A DNA stretch of 64,000 bases from an uncultured bacterium (GCA_963780225.1 CAWAAX010000027.1:97363-161362), one strand, 5' to 3'. Shown: positions 10,157 to 19,673, counted from the first letter of the stretch. Numbers and translations are program-made. The notes: a model not told the origin generated them from the sequence alone.

Positions 10157-10336
10157 TATTGCCACGACCTTCAGGTCGTGGTATGTGGTATGAAATCTAG
10201 TAAAACCCGCTGGGCTTTAGCCCAAGGGAAGCTCAGAATATGAATTCGCAATCTCCGCCGCAGGCGGACAAGCGGGGTTGAAACCCCAAGAGATTTTTCT
10301 TATCCTTCAACCACCCCGATGTATCGGGGTGGCAAT
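10157..10336. repeat. REPIN/MITE-like composite inverted palindromic element
   Basis: ATTGCCACGACCTTCAGGTCGTGG at left, CCACCCCGATGTATCGGGGTGGCAAT at right (inverted), internal GGGCTTTAGCCC, GGGGTTGAAACCCC and nested TCCGCCGCAGGCGGA. Confidence 0.75.
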
Positions 10337-10453
10337 GGAAATGGATGAATTAGCCTAATAATATGACGCCTTTTAATACTGCCTTGACGATCACTACTAC
10401 TAACTTTAACTATTATGGAATTCATAAAAAAACAGGATTCCTCAGGGAGACCA

Positions 10454-11119
10454 ATGAAAAAATATTTTTTGACCGGTCTGGTGGTGATGCTGCCGATACT
10501 GCTGACCGCCTACCTGCTGTGGTTTCTATTCACCTGGAGCGGGCAGATATTCGGCCAGCTACTGGTCTATATACCCTACCTGCAGGATATACCAGAACTG
10601 GTCCGCCTGGTGATGGGCTTTGTACTGCTGGTGCTGGTCATTTATGCGGTGGGCTTCCTGGCCTCGCACCTGATCGGCCGGAAGCTGTTGAATGTCTGGG
10701 ACAACTTCATCTCCCGGGTTCCCCTGGCCCGGCTGGTTTACGGCACCACCAAGCAGTTCACCGATAATTTCTTCAGCAACCGCTTCGCCTTCCGCCAAGT
10801 GGTGGCGGTGGAGTATCCCCGTCCCGGCACCTATGCCCTGGGGTTCCTTACTTCCGACCAGACTTGGGAGATGGAGAACGGGACCACGGTCCACACCGTC
10901 TACCTGCCCAACACCCCCAACCCCACCGGCGGCCGGATACTGCTGGTGCCTCCCCGGCGCCTGCTGCGGGTGAAGATGTCGGTGGAGGAAGCCCTAAAAT
11001 TGATCGTCTCCGGCGGAATGGTCTCCCCCCAAAACCTAACCATCGCCAACTCATTGGACAAACCTGATGCTTCCCTTAAAAGAACTGCTGGCAAAGCTAA
11101 AACTAAAAGACCCCGATAA
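10454..11119 (+). CDS. DUF502 family membrane protein
   Basis: KYFLTGL, VEYPRPG, VYLPNTPNPTGG, MSVEEALKLIVSGG; start at 10454 chosen for the upstream AGGGAG. Confidence 0.88.
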   Translation: MKKYFLTGLVVMLPILLTAYLLWFLFTWSGQIFGQLLVYIPYLQDIPELVRLVMGFVLLVLVIYAVGFLASHLIGRKLLNVWDNFISRVPLARLVYGTTKQFTDNFFSNRFAFRQVVAVEYPRPGTYALGFLTSDQTWEMENGTTVHTVYLPNTPNPTGGRILLVPPRRLLRVKMSVEEALKLIVSGGMVSPQNLTIANSLDKPDASLKRTAGKAKTKRPR

Positions 11120-11876
11120 GCTGACCCCCCTGGAACTGCAGCAATTTTTGGACCGGGCCGTGTCCCGGAATGCGCTTACCCGGGAGGAGGGGCATATGAT
11201 GCAACGGGTGCTGTCGCTGTCCCAGACCCCGCTCTGGGAGGTGATGATCCCCCTGCCCCAGGTCTCGTCCATCGAAGCCTCGGCCAAGGTGGACCAGATA
11301 ATTGAACTTTGCCTGAAGTCGGGACACTCCCGGTTTCCGGTCTATGAAAAGACCCCGGACAACATCATCGGGATCATCCACGTCAAGGAAGTTTTAAGGT
11401 TATGGCATAAAAGATCCGGCAGCCTGCGGGCGGTGGAGTTCATCCGGCTGCCGGTGTTCCTGCCCCAGACCATCAAGGTCTCCCAGGCCCTGTCCGAGTT
11501 CCGCAAAAAAAAGATTTCCATTGCCCTGGCCATCAATGAATACGGCGCGCCCTCCGGCCTGATAACCAGCGAGGACCTGGTGGAAGAGATCGTGGGCCAG
11601 ATGCAGGATGAACTGGACCGGGAATATCAGTACTTAAAGCAACTGGATAACCGCTCGTTCCTGGCAGATGCCCGGATGCCTTTGGAAAAGTTTGCCGGCC
11701 AGTTCAAGATCAAAACCGGCTCCAAGGCCCACAGCCTGGCTGGGTACCTGTCCGAAGAGTTGCAGCGAATTCCGCTGCCCGGCGAAAGTTTCAGCATTCA
11801 GGGTTTGGAATTCACGGTCACCGAAGGCACGGCCAGTAAGATATACAAAGTAAAAGTATCCCCCGGCAAGAAATAG
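11067..11876 (+). CDS. CBS-pair/CorC-HlyC domain protein
   Basis: EVMIP, SGHSRFPVY, IIGIIHVKE, NEYG..SGLITSEDLVEEIVG, C-terminal transporter-associated domain. Confidence 0.9.
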   Translation: MLPLKELLAKLKLKDPDKLTPLELQQFLDRAVSRNALTREEGHMMQRVLSLSQTPLWEVMIPLPQVSSIEASAKVDQIIELCLKSGHSRFPVYEKTPDNIIGIIHVKEVLRLWHKRSGSLRAVEFIRLPVFLPQTIKVSQALSEFRKKKISIALAINEYGAPSGLITSEDLVEEIVGQMQDELDREYQYLKQLDNRSFLADARMPLEKFAGQFKIKTGSKAHSLAGYLSEELQRIPLPGESFSIQGLEFTVTEGTASKIYKVKVSPGKK

Positions 11877-11995
11877 CTCTGGACATCTATAAGGAATCCA
11901 TGAAACCAGGAAACAATTCCGTTATTCCCCGCCTACGTTTCACTTTGGCGGACAGGCTGGATTCCTGATAAAAGAAATTGGGCGTTTTACAACTT

Positions 11996-12742
11996 TTATT
12001 TTTCTTCTTCGTTTTCCACCGGCCCGGCCTCAGTTTCCTGAGCCGGGCTTTCCTCATTAACAGCTTCCGGCCGGGATCCGCCGGGTTCTTCTTCACTGAT
12101 GACGACTGGTGATTCAAAGGGGACCTCCTCCTGGGTTCCGTAACCGGAAAGCCTCTTTAATCCCAACTCGGCGTCGATCTCGGCGTCCATCTTTTCCTTT
12201 TCCGCCTGCTTGGATTTAAGATACTCCTCCAGATCCTCTATCCGGGGCAGGTCCGACAGCGAGCTTAAGCCGAAATAGCGCAAAAACTCCGGAGTGGTGC
12301 CGAACAGCACCGGCTTGCCGGGCCGGTTGTCGTGGCCTACTGCGGTGATCAGATTGCGCTCCAGCAGGGTGGCCGTCACCCCGTCCACGTTCACCCCCCG
12401 GATGCTCTCCATGTCGGCCTTGATGATGGGCTGCTTGTAGGCCACAATGCCCAGGGTCTCCAGGGAAGCGGCGGTCAGCCGGGACACCCTCCGGCCCCGG
12501 AACAGCTCGCCCACCCACTTGGAATATTCCGGCCTGGTGTATATCTGGAATCCCCCGGCCAGCTCCACCAGCGAAAAACTGTGCCCGTCATGTTCGTATT
12601 CGTCCTTCAGCTCGTGCAGCAGCTGCCGCAATATCTTGATGTCTATCTCGCCCAAGGTGGATTTGATCTTGGCGACGGGCAGGGGGATATCGGTGGCAAA
12701 AAGCAGGGCTTCGATTATCCTCTTGGCTTCGGTGCGGTCCAT
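11996..12742 (-). CDS. scpB: SMC-Scp complex subunit ScpB
   Basis: IIEALLFAT, LETLGIVAYKQPI, IRGVN, GKPVLFGTTPEFLRYFGLSSLSDLP; start revised to MDRTEAK because the ORF-track extension is repeat-derived. Confidence 0.95.
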   Translation of the reverse strand: MDRTEAKRIIEALLFATDIPLPVAKIKSTLGEIDIKILRQLLHELKDEYEHDGHSFSLVELAGGFQIYTRPEYSKWVGELFRGRRVSRLTAASLETLGIVAYKQPIIKADMESIRGVNVDGVTATLLERNLITAVGHDNRPGKPVLFGTTPEFLRYFGLSSLSDLPRIEDLEEYLKSKQAEKEKMDAEIDAELGLKRLSGYGTQEEVPFESPVVISEEEPGGSRPEAVNEESPAQETEAGPVENEEEK

Positions 12743-12796
12743 AAGCAATTCCTTATCAAACGGTGTCGGGTTTATTAATGGATAAAATAAATATTC

Positions 12797-13047
12797 AGCC
12801 ACAAAAGGCACAAAGGGCACAAAATGGATGGCAGATCGCCTGGGTTAAGACTGGACTGAAAATTAAGCAACAGCAGCCCATAGATGTTTCTAATGAGGAT
12901 GTCTCAGTTTCGGCACGCAAAATAATCTAATTCTTGGTAAAAACATCCGCTTCAAGTAACTCATTCCGCTTACGCTTTTATTAATATCTTCATCGAGTGC
13001 CAAAGCTTCAGCGGCGGTGCTTTGTGATTTATGTGCTTTATGTGGTT
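12797..13047 (+). pseudogene. Decayed GxxExxY-family cassette: inverted repeats enclosing a frameshifted, deleted gene remnant
   Basis: GCCACAAAAGGCACAAAGGGCACAAAA ... TTTGTGATTTATGTGCTTTATGTGG; inside, ADRL/(frameshift)/VKTGLKIKQQQPIDVSNED and a later SFG resemble the middle and the NFG end of GxxExxY proteins. Confidence 0.5.
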
Positions 13048-13077
13048 AATTCCGGATAGCTATCGGTAAAATATAGC

Positions 13078-13106
13078 TTGACTTTAATGGTATGATATGA
13101 TATTTT
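13078..13106 (+). promoter_or_regulatory. Candidate sigma70 promoter for rpsT
   Basis: TTGACT, 17 nt, TATTTT with TGn extension. Confidence 0.45.
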
Positions 13107-13175
13107 TATATGCTTTGTAAAGAGAAAACTAACGCTTAATCAATAATCAACAAAATTTATTTGGAGGAGATCAAG

Positions 13176-13442
13176 TTGGCAGAGACTAAAAAAAGGAATA
13201 CCAAGAAAAAGATAAATTCTGCGGTAAAACGGGCCCGTCAGGCCATCAAGCGAAGAACCGCAAGAATGGCGGTAAAAAGCAAGCTGCGCGGTACCATTAA
13301 AAAGGCAGCCGCCGTGAAGACCGGGGAACAGCTTCCTACAGCCTATTCACAGATTGACAAGGCCGCAAAAAAGGGAGTTCTTCATAAGAATACCGCTGCT
13401 CGGATGAAATCCCGTCTGGCCAAGGCCTCCAAGAAAGCTTAA
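13176..13442 (+). CDS. rpsT: 30S ribosomal protein S20
   Basis: SAVKRARQA, IDKAAKKGVLHKNTAARMKSRL; TTG start after GGAGG. Confidence 0.96.
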   Translation: MAETKKRNTKKKINSAVKRARQAIKRRTARMAVKSKLRGTIKKAAAVKTGEQLPTAYSQIDKAAKKGVLHKNTAARMKSRLAKASKKA

Positions 13443-13476
13443 CCCTCTTCCCTGGAATAATAATCACATTATACCA

Positions 13477-13517
13477 TAAAAGAATCGTCCCGGCCAAGCA
13501 CGGGACGATTCTTTTTT
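13477..13517. terminator. Bidirectional intrinsic terminator
   Basis: AAAAGAATCGTCCCG-loop-CGGGACGATTCTTTTTT. Confidence 0.85.
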
Positions 13518-13544
13518 CGTTTTACAGCAACTGATGTTATTTGA

Positions 13545-14571
13545 GGTCTAAAGGCCGTTTTTAGTTGCTATTTTTAGTCAAGATATTACAGATAAACTTG
13601 TAACGAAGTGGTCGTGCTATTCCTCGGTGGACTTCTAATAAGTGTTTGAGATACCCAAATGTACTTTCCAAGGAATTAGTGGTATTAGGTATTCCCAGCT
13701 CGGTAAATCTCTGGTATGTGAAAAGGTATTTAAGGTGCCGTTGCAGACTGTGGTATGCGGAACGTAACCGTTTATGGGTAAAGTGCGATCTGCCGGTGTC
13801 TGGGTTAAAGGTTCTTTGAGAAAGAAACTGGCGCCAGCGGTCATACCAAGCCGCCAGTTCGGTTTGGAAAGTATTCTCGTTAGTATTCGGCAAGGTTTCC
13901 GCTAAAGAGAGCAACTGTTGTGCGGCAGGCAATTTTGACCGTTTGGTAACATAACGTCGGACGATGGCGATTTGATGGAAATGGCATATCTGGACGGGGA
14001 CATCCTGAAAAACTTCAGCAATACCGGGCTTTCCGTCAATAACCACCGCTGATGGGCGAATATTATGATCCAGTAATAATTGACGTCCCTGGTGGTAGCT
14101 ATCAGCCGTCTCGGTTCGTATCTCGGTCCACCACAGATTGCGCTTTAGGTCCGGAGCGCGAAAGACGATTACTCCATAGCCTCGTCCCCAAAAAGTAGCA
14201 TCTGCTACCAGAACCAAAGGGGACTTTAGATTTACCAGCGATGGATTACAGTAGGGTAGGGATGAGAAGTATCGCTGAATACGTTTTCTGCTGAGCCCGA
14301 ACTCTTTTGCCAGGGAATTTAACGTTTGACGCCCCAAGACATATTTATTCCATAAAAGACGGATTACTTTTTGTGGCCTTGGTTTGTTGCGAAAAACAGA
14401 TAAACATTCTTGGCAGCGATAGCGCTGTTGACTCTTTTGAAAACCAAAACGTTTGGTCCGATAAGAACCACAATGAGGGCATTTTTATAATGCATTGTAA
14501 AATATCTGTCGTTTTCCCTTATTTTACAACAAGTTAGAGCAGCTTTAGCAACTTTTTTCGACCTTTAAACC
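13545..14571 (-). mobile_element. Insertion sequence, 1,027 bp (IS256-like DDE variant)
   Basis: TIRs GGTCTAAAGGCCGTTTTTAGTTGCTA / GGTTTAAAGGTCGAAAAAAGTTGCTA (19/26 match); 8-bp TSD TTATTTGA at 13537-13544 and 14572-14579. Confidence 0.93.
13561..14495 (-). CDS. DDE transposase with N-terminal Zn ribbon; the ATG at 14495 needs a -1 shift to join the main frame
   Basis: Main frame is open from 14484 (KCPHCGS...YRCQEC) through VADATFW, VIDG, QICHFHQ, PNTTNSLES; ATG CAT TAT AAA AAT is out of frame by one base at an A5 run. Confidence 0.85.
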
Positions 14572-16533
14572 TTATTTGATGATATTGGGAGTCAGGAATA
14601 TCAATATCTCGCGTTTGGCGGTGGTGCTGCTGCTGGAACGGAACAGCGCGCCGATCACCGGGATGTTCATCAGGATCGGCACCCCTTTGACCGATTTGCC
14701 GCCCTTGGTCTGCAACAGACCGCCTATGACCGCAGTCTCGCCGTCGTTGATCATAATCTGGGTGGTGGCCTCGTTGGTCAGGATGACCACCCCGCCCAGG
14801 ATGGTGGCGGTAGCGTCCAGATCCGAGATCTCGGTCTTGACGTCCATGGTGATGTTCTGGGCCGAATTGATATGGGGGGTAACCGTCAGCACCATACCGA
14901 TGGTGTACATCTGGGTCACGGTATTGCCGCTTTCATCTCTCAACGAGATAGGTATCTTTTTACCACCGACTATTTTGGCTTCCTTGTTGTTGGTGGCCGA
15001 GATCCTGGGGTTGGAGATGGTATTAGCCTTGCGGTTGGACTCTAGGGCCGAGATAGTGGCATTCAACTGGGCAAAGGAGCGAATGGTGCCGACATTGACC
15101 CCGGGACGGTCTCCGGTGGGCAATAATTGCGGCACCTGAATCCCAGGATTTGTTCCTATGTTCTTGGTTTCCAGATTGGCGGCATAGCTTCCCACATTGG
15201 CCAAAGACCAGTTTATCCCCAGATCCTTGGTGGCATCCATATCAACATCTATGATCCGGGCGATGATCTCCACCTGCTGGGTCGGAGTATCCAGCTGAAC
15301 TATAAGGTTTCTGGCTTCCGCCTGTTTATCGGATACATCGGTGATCACCAGGGCGTTGGTTCTTTTGTCAACCTGGATGCCGCCCCGGTCGCTTAATATT
15401 TTTTGGATGGAACCGGACAATTCGCTGGCCACGGCATACTGAATGGGATAAACCACGGTCTTTAGTTCCACTCCCAGGCTGCGGCCGCGCACTTCCTCCT
15501 GCATTTTGGCCGGGGTTCCCACTCGAATGATGGTGGAATCTTCGCCCCAGTCGGCTATCATGGCGGCCGATTTAACCATTTCGTTGAAGGCCATTACCCA
15601 GGGAACATCCTTTAAACGCATGCTGATGTTGCCCTTGACATCGCCGCCGATGATCAGGTTGCAGTTGGCCAGCTGGGCCATTCCCCGCAACACCGCTACG
15701 ATGTCGGAATTCTCTAAGTTCAAAGACACTTTCTTGCCAGCCAGGCCTCTTTTGCTCCTGGCGGGATAGGTAGGCGTCTTGGCAGCCACATAGACCGGCA
15801 GTGATGGTTGCATGGGGGTAACAGGCAAAGCCTGATATTGCGGCGGAGCCGTCGGGGCCATTGGCGCAACAGGCATCTCTTCCACCACCGGAGGCGGAGT
15901 GGACGGAGTCTTGGGCGTGGCCAGCGGCGGCGGTGAAGGCATGGCCGGCTGTTCTACCACCGGGGCCGGAGTTGCCGGAACCGAAGGTGTTGGGGTTACT
16001 GGCACTGCCGGAGCCATAGGAGTTGGGGTCTCTTCCATCACCGGGGTAACGCCGGGGGCATTCTGGGATGCAGCTGTCGCCGGCGCTGAAGCCACCTGCA
16101 TTTCGGCAGTAGTGGCCTTCCATTCGGCAAACTGGGCGGTCTCCTTGGTGGTAAGCTTGATGACGATATCGCTTTCTTCGGTCATCAGAATATAAGAAGG
16201 CGATGAGGACATCTCTATCACCACCCTGGCAATTCCGCCCTCCCGGTCGAAATGGCTGGTGCTGATGGTATTGATGCCGCCCCGGTTCAGGTTCAGGGTC
16301 TTATTGCCGAATCCGATGGTGGCTCCCTTGATGTCCAGCACCAGGCGGTCCGGCTTGGTCAGGGTAAAATCCTTGGCATCCGGCACGTCATCGCAACTGA
16401 TGACCACCTCGGTAACGCCCTCGAATTTCCTGACGACTATGTCGTTGATCTTGATGGCCCAAACCGTTTGGCTTAAGGCCAGCACGGCCCCGGCAACCAG
16501 AGCCAGCCTGATTCCGATTTTGGATTTACTCAT
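14572..16533 (-). CDS. pilQ: Type IV pilus secretin with AMIN domain and Pro-rich linker
   Basis: Signal peptide, PDRLVLD (AMIN), LKDVPW, VDKRTNALVITD, QQVEIIARI, GVPILMNIPVIGALFRS, EILIFLTPNII. Confidence 0.95.
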   Translation of the reverse strand: MSKSKIGIRLALVAGAVLALSQTVWAIKINDIVVRKFEGVTEVVISCDDVPDAKDFTLTKPDRLVLDIKGATIGFGNKTLNLNRGGINTISTSHFDREGGIARVVIEMSSSPSYILMTEESDIVIKLTTKETAQFAEWKATTAEMQVASAPATAASQNAPGVTPVMEETPTPMAPAVPVTPTPSVPATPAPVVEQPAMPSPPPLATPKTPSTPPPVVEEMPVAPMAPTAPPQYQALPVTPMQPSLPVYVAAKTPTYPARSKRGLAGKKVSLNLENSDIVAVLRGMAQLANCNLIIGGDVKGNISMRLKDVPWVMAFNEMVKSAAMIADWGEDSTIIRVGTPAKMQEEVRGRSLGVELKTVVYPIQYAVASELSGSIQKILSDRGGIQVDKRTNALVITDVSDKQAEARNLIVQLDTPTQQVEIIARIIDVDMDATKDLGINWSLANVGSYAANLETKNIGTNPGIQVPQLLPTGDRPGVNVGTIRSFAQLNATISALESNRKANTISNPRISATNNKEAKIVGGKKIPISLRDESGNTVTQMYTIGMVLTVTPHINSAQNITMDVKTEISDLDATATILGGVVILTNEATTQIMINDGETAVIGGLLQTKGGKSVKGVPILMNIPVIGALFRSSSSTTAKREILIFLTPNIIK

Positions 16534-16567
16534 TTGCTTCGCCTTTTTTATAGACTTTATATATCAT

Positions 16568-17098
16568 TTATTGGTTGATTCGCAAATCCTGGCTCTCCCG
16601 CATCAGCGGCAGGGAAAAATCTATCGGTTTCCCCTTTTCCACCTCCTGCCGGAACACTATGCTGGTGTCTTTGATGGCCACCACCCTTCCGCCTATCAGC
16701 TGGTCACCCTCCTGCACCACATACCCCACTCCCTGATTGTCGTGGACCAGGGCCAAACGCCCGTTAGGCCCCTCGATGATGCCGGTCAGGGAAATGTTGG
16801 AAATATCCAGCGTACCGATGCTATTCTCCCCGCTGCCTTCTCCCCGCTTTTGAACCACCGATTTAAACGGGTCGCGGGTGCCTTTCAGCGGATACTCATA
16901 GGTTTCGCTTTTTAAAAGGGTGTCTCCGGCCGGCGGCAAATTGACCGGAACCGCCTGCGTTCTGGGCATCGGAGCCGGAGTTGCCTGGCTGGGTGTCTTA
17001 TCACCGGATTGGCAACCGCAGGCCAAGGCCAAGGCTGTCGCCAACGCCAGTAAATTAAGACTAGCTGGACCTCCTGGGTTTACCTGTATCTTTAGCAT
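16568..17098 (-). CDS. pilP: Type IV pilus lipoprotein PilP
   Basis: Lipobox-like LACGC, RDPF motif, LTGII...ALV..GYVVQEGD; located between pilO and pilQ. Confidence 0.85.
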   Translation of the reverse strand: MLKIQVNPGGPASLNLLALATALALACGCQSGDKTPSQATPAPMPRTQAVPVNLPPAGDTLLKSETYEYPLKGTRDPFKSVVQKRGEGSGENSIGTLDISNISLTGIIEGPNGRLALVHDNQGVGYVVQEGDQLIGGRVVAIKDTSIVFRQEVEKGKPIDFSLPLMRESQDLRINQ

Positions 17099-17672
17099 CT
17101 GATTTTACGCCTCCTGCTTTATTAAATACAAAAGCTTTTACCACAAAGTCTGCTTTTACTGTTTTAATTTTATCGTTATTGGGTAATACCTTGAGCTTGG
17201 CGGGAACGACTATCCGGTTTAAGCTGCCCAGATTGGCCATAAAATCCCCCAACTGGCTATAGGAGCCGGTAACGCTTACATCCACCGTTAACACTGAAGA
17301 CAATTTGGCATTCGGCGATGCCGTCAGGGCGCCGGGCTTAAAGGCGGTGAAACGGACCCCGGTTTTGATTCCGGCCTGGGTGATCTGACGCAACAGACTG
17401 GGAATGTCTTTTTCATCCGGTAAGAACTTTTCAGCCTGGCGCAGTTTTTTGCTCATGTTCTTCAATTCCATATTAAACTTGGTGGACTCACTGACCGCCG
17501 CATCCAACAGCCGAATCCCGGCCGCAAGCGAATCCAGCCTTACCTTGCGCTGGCTGAGGCGCTCGCCGGTAGGCTTGAAAGTCAAAAAATAGAACATGGC
17601 GGCGATGGCCAGGCTTAAAACCACCAATCCTATGGTGATCTGGGTTTTTATGTCTTTGATATCGATGCTCAT
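17061..17672 (-). CDS. pilO: Type IV pilus assembly protein PilO
   Basis: N-terminal TM, coiled coil, LPDEKDIPSLL, VTGSYSQLGDF..L..LNRIV. Confidence 0.92.
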   Translation of the reverse strand: MSIDIKDIKTQITIGLVVLSLAIAAMFYFLTFKPTGERLSQRKVRLDSLAAGIRLLDAAVSESTKFNMELKNMSKKLRQAEKFLPDEKDIPSLLRQITQAGIKTGVRFTAFKPGALTASPNAKLSSVLTVDVSVTGSYSQLGDFMANLGSLNRIVVPAKLKVLPNNDKIKTVKADFVVKAFVFNKAGGVKSDAKDTGKPRRSS

Positions 17673-18565
17673 TTATTCCCCTTTCCTCCGCCAATAAAAA
17701 GCGGCATCGGGTTGGACCAATCGGAACCAGCTGAAATATAACTGTTATAGGCCTGTACCCGCCAAAAGTATTTTTTCCCCTCTTCCAGTCCCGAATTAAC
17801 AGTAAAGCTGGTGGTATCTCCCAACCGCTGGTTGGCAATAAGATTATTGAAGGAATCGCTGGCTGAAACACTTATGTTATAGTTGGTGGCCTGGCTGACC
17901 CGGCTCCAGCCTAAAGTCAGCTTGGCGGGCTGTTTGGGATCCTGGGGCATTGCATATGAGGGGGAGGGCTTGGCAACTTCAGGGTTATAGTTTCCGGTTA
18001 AACTGAATTTTACCATCTCCCGGCCTTCGATGTCCGCCTTGGAGGTCTGGGTCAGTTCAATGCCGCTGAAGCAGCGGGAGGATTTAAGGTTATCCATCAG
18101 CTCCACCACTATCAGATTGGAGAAAGTGGAGCCTTCCAAGATAACTTTACCTTCATCCTCGGAAAGAAGTGTCAGCCATAGATAGTCCGGCAGACAGCGA
18201 TCAACCACTTCCAGCAGCCGGGCCTCATAAAACCGCCCTTGGTTGATCAGGTTGACTTCGTTGAGTTTGGCTTCAACCTGATCTTTGTTGTTTTTAAGTT
18301 CCTGAACCTTGCTGTTGAGAATTTTAAGGCTGTCTATCTTCAGGCTGTCTCTTTTGATTTTTCCGTTGGTTATCCTGACATCGGTCTGCTGCCAGCCATA
18401 GGCAATGATCGAAGCCACTATCACCACTATAAAAAGCAAGGCCGACGCCACCATCCCCACGTTGAACGGAAGCCGGGGCAGGGCGAATTTAAAACCGGCG
18501 CCGGAGATGCGGGGAGCACCCACCTTGGCGATTTTCTGGTCGTGGATCAGATTGATCTGTATCAT
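17669..18565 (-). CDS. pilN: PilN with extra C-terminal FN3/Ig-like domain
   Basis: MIQINL PilM-binding start, TM, LPDYLWLT, LEG; C-terminal LGWSRV..ATNYNISVS...LEEGKKYFWRVQAYN...SDWS. Confidence 0.88.
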   Translation of the reverse strand: MIQINLIHDQKIAKVGAPRISGAGFKFALPRLPFNVGMVASALLFIVVIVASIIAYGWQQTDVRITNGKIKRDSLKIDSLKILNSKVQELKNNKDQVEAKLNEVNLINQGRFYEARLLEVVDRCLPDYLWLTLLSEDEGKVILEGSTFSNLIVVELMDNLKSSRCFSGIELTQTSKADIEGREMVKFSLTGNYNPEVAKPSPSYAMPQDPKQPAKLTLGWSRVSQATNYNISVSASDSFNNLIANQRLGDTTSFTVNSGLEEGKKYFWRVQAYNSYISAGSDWSNPMPLFIGGGKGNK

Positions 18566-19615
18566 TTATTTTACCTCCCTTAAACCCAAGCCCACCGCCA
18601 AAGTTAACATGGGAGCAATCCGCTCGGCCCCGGTGGCCCCGAACAGGTTGGGATCATAGGAAATATTCTTCAATGGATTGATGATCTCCACCGGAATCCC
18701 AAATTTCTCCTTTAAATGTTCCTGCAGTGAAGGAATCAGAGCCCCGCCTCCGGAAAGGAATATCCGGCTCATTTTATCGCTGCCGCCCGACATGGCCAAA
18801 AACGAAAGGGTGCGCTCAATTGAACCGGCAAAATCCGAGGCAAAGCTGGCAAAGACCTCGCTGGCTGATTCCGGGCTAACGTCGGCCACGTTCTCGCCTT
18901 TGGTCAGTTCGGAGGCCTGGTCGTAGGATATCCCCAGGTTTTTCTGGATCAGCTGCAGGCAGGCGTTGCCGCCTATCGGCAGGTCGCGGGTAAAATGCGG
19001 TATCTTGTTCTTTATGAAATTGATGCTGGTGCCATCGGCGCCGATATGCACTATGGCCACCATCTCATCCGCCGGGATGTCGTAGTTGGCTTCAAAGGCG
19101 TTCTGAACGGCGAAGGCCCCGAAATCCATGATCACCGGAAAGAGGCCGGCCCCGCTTAACAGGTCCAGATGGCTGTTGATGGTGTCGTTCTTGGCGGCGA
19201 TCAGCAGCACTTCCATCTGATTATTGCCCAGATCCGGGTTCAGTATCTGAAAATCCAGCACCACGTCGGAGATCTCGAACGGCACATGCTGCTCGGCCTC
19301 CCATTTGATCCGCTCCTTGGCCTCCGACTCCTTAAGTTTGTCCATGGTGATCCGCTTGACGATGACCCCGCGCCCGGAAACCGCCGCCACCACCTCGTTG
19401 CCTTTGACCTTGTGGGTCTCGAAAAGGCCCTTAATGGTGTCGATGACCAGGGTCCGGTCCATGATTTCGCCTTCCACAATGGCCTCGGGCAGTAAGGGAG
19501 CGGAACCATAGTTCGTCAGGGTGATCCCTTTGCCGGTCTTTTGGATCTCGACGAACTTTATCTGGTTGCTTCCTATGTCCAGGCCAAGGGTGGCTGCTTT
19601 TTTACCGAAGAACAT
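18566..19615 (-). CDS. pilM: Type IV pilus assembly protein PilM
   Basis: GLDIGS, EAEQHVPF, LLIAAK, IFLSGGGA, LAVGLGLR. Confidence 0.95.
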   Translation of the reverse strand: MFFGKKAATLGLDIGSNQIKFVEIQKTGKGITLTNYGSAPLLPEAIVEGEIMDRTLVIDTIKGLFETHKVKGNEVVAAVSGRGVIVKRITMDKLKESEAKERIKWEAEQHVPFEISDVVLDFQILNPDLGNNQMEVLLIAAKNDTINSHLDLLSGAGLFPVIMDFGAFAVQNAFEANYDIPADEMVAIVHIGADGTSINFIKNKIPHFTRDLPIGGNACLQLIQKNLGISYDQASELTKGENVADVSPESASEVFASFASDFAGSIERTLSFLAMSGGSDKMSRIFLSGGGALIPSLQEHLKEKFGIPVEIINPLKNISYDPNLFGATGAERIAPMLTLAVGLGLREVK

Positions 19616-19673
19616 TTAACTATCCCTCTTATTTAATGTGTTCATTTGAGGAACCCATTATATTATAAAAAAT

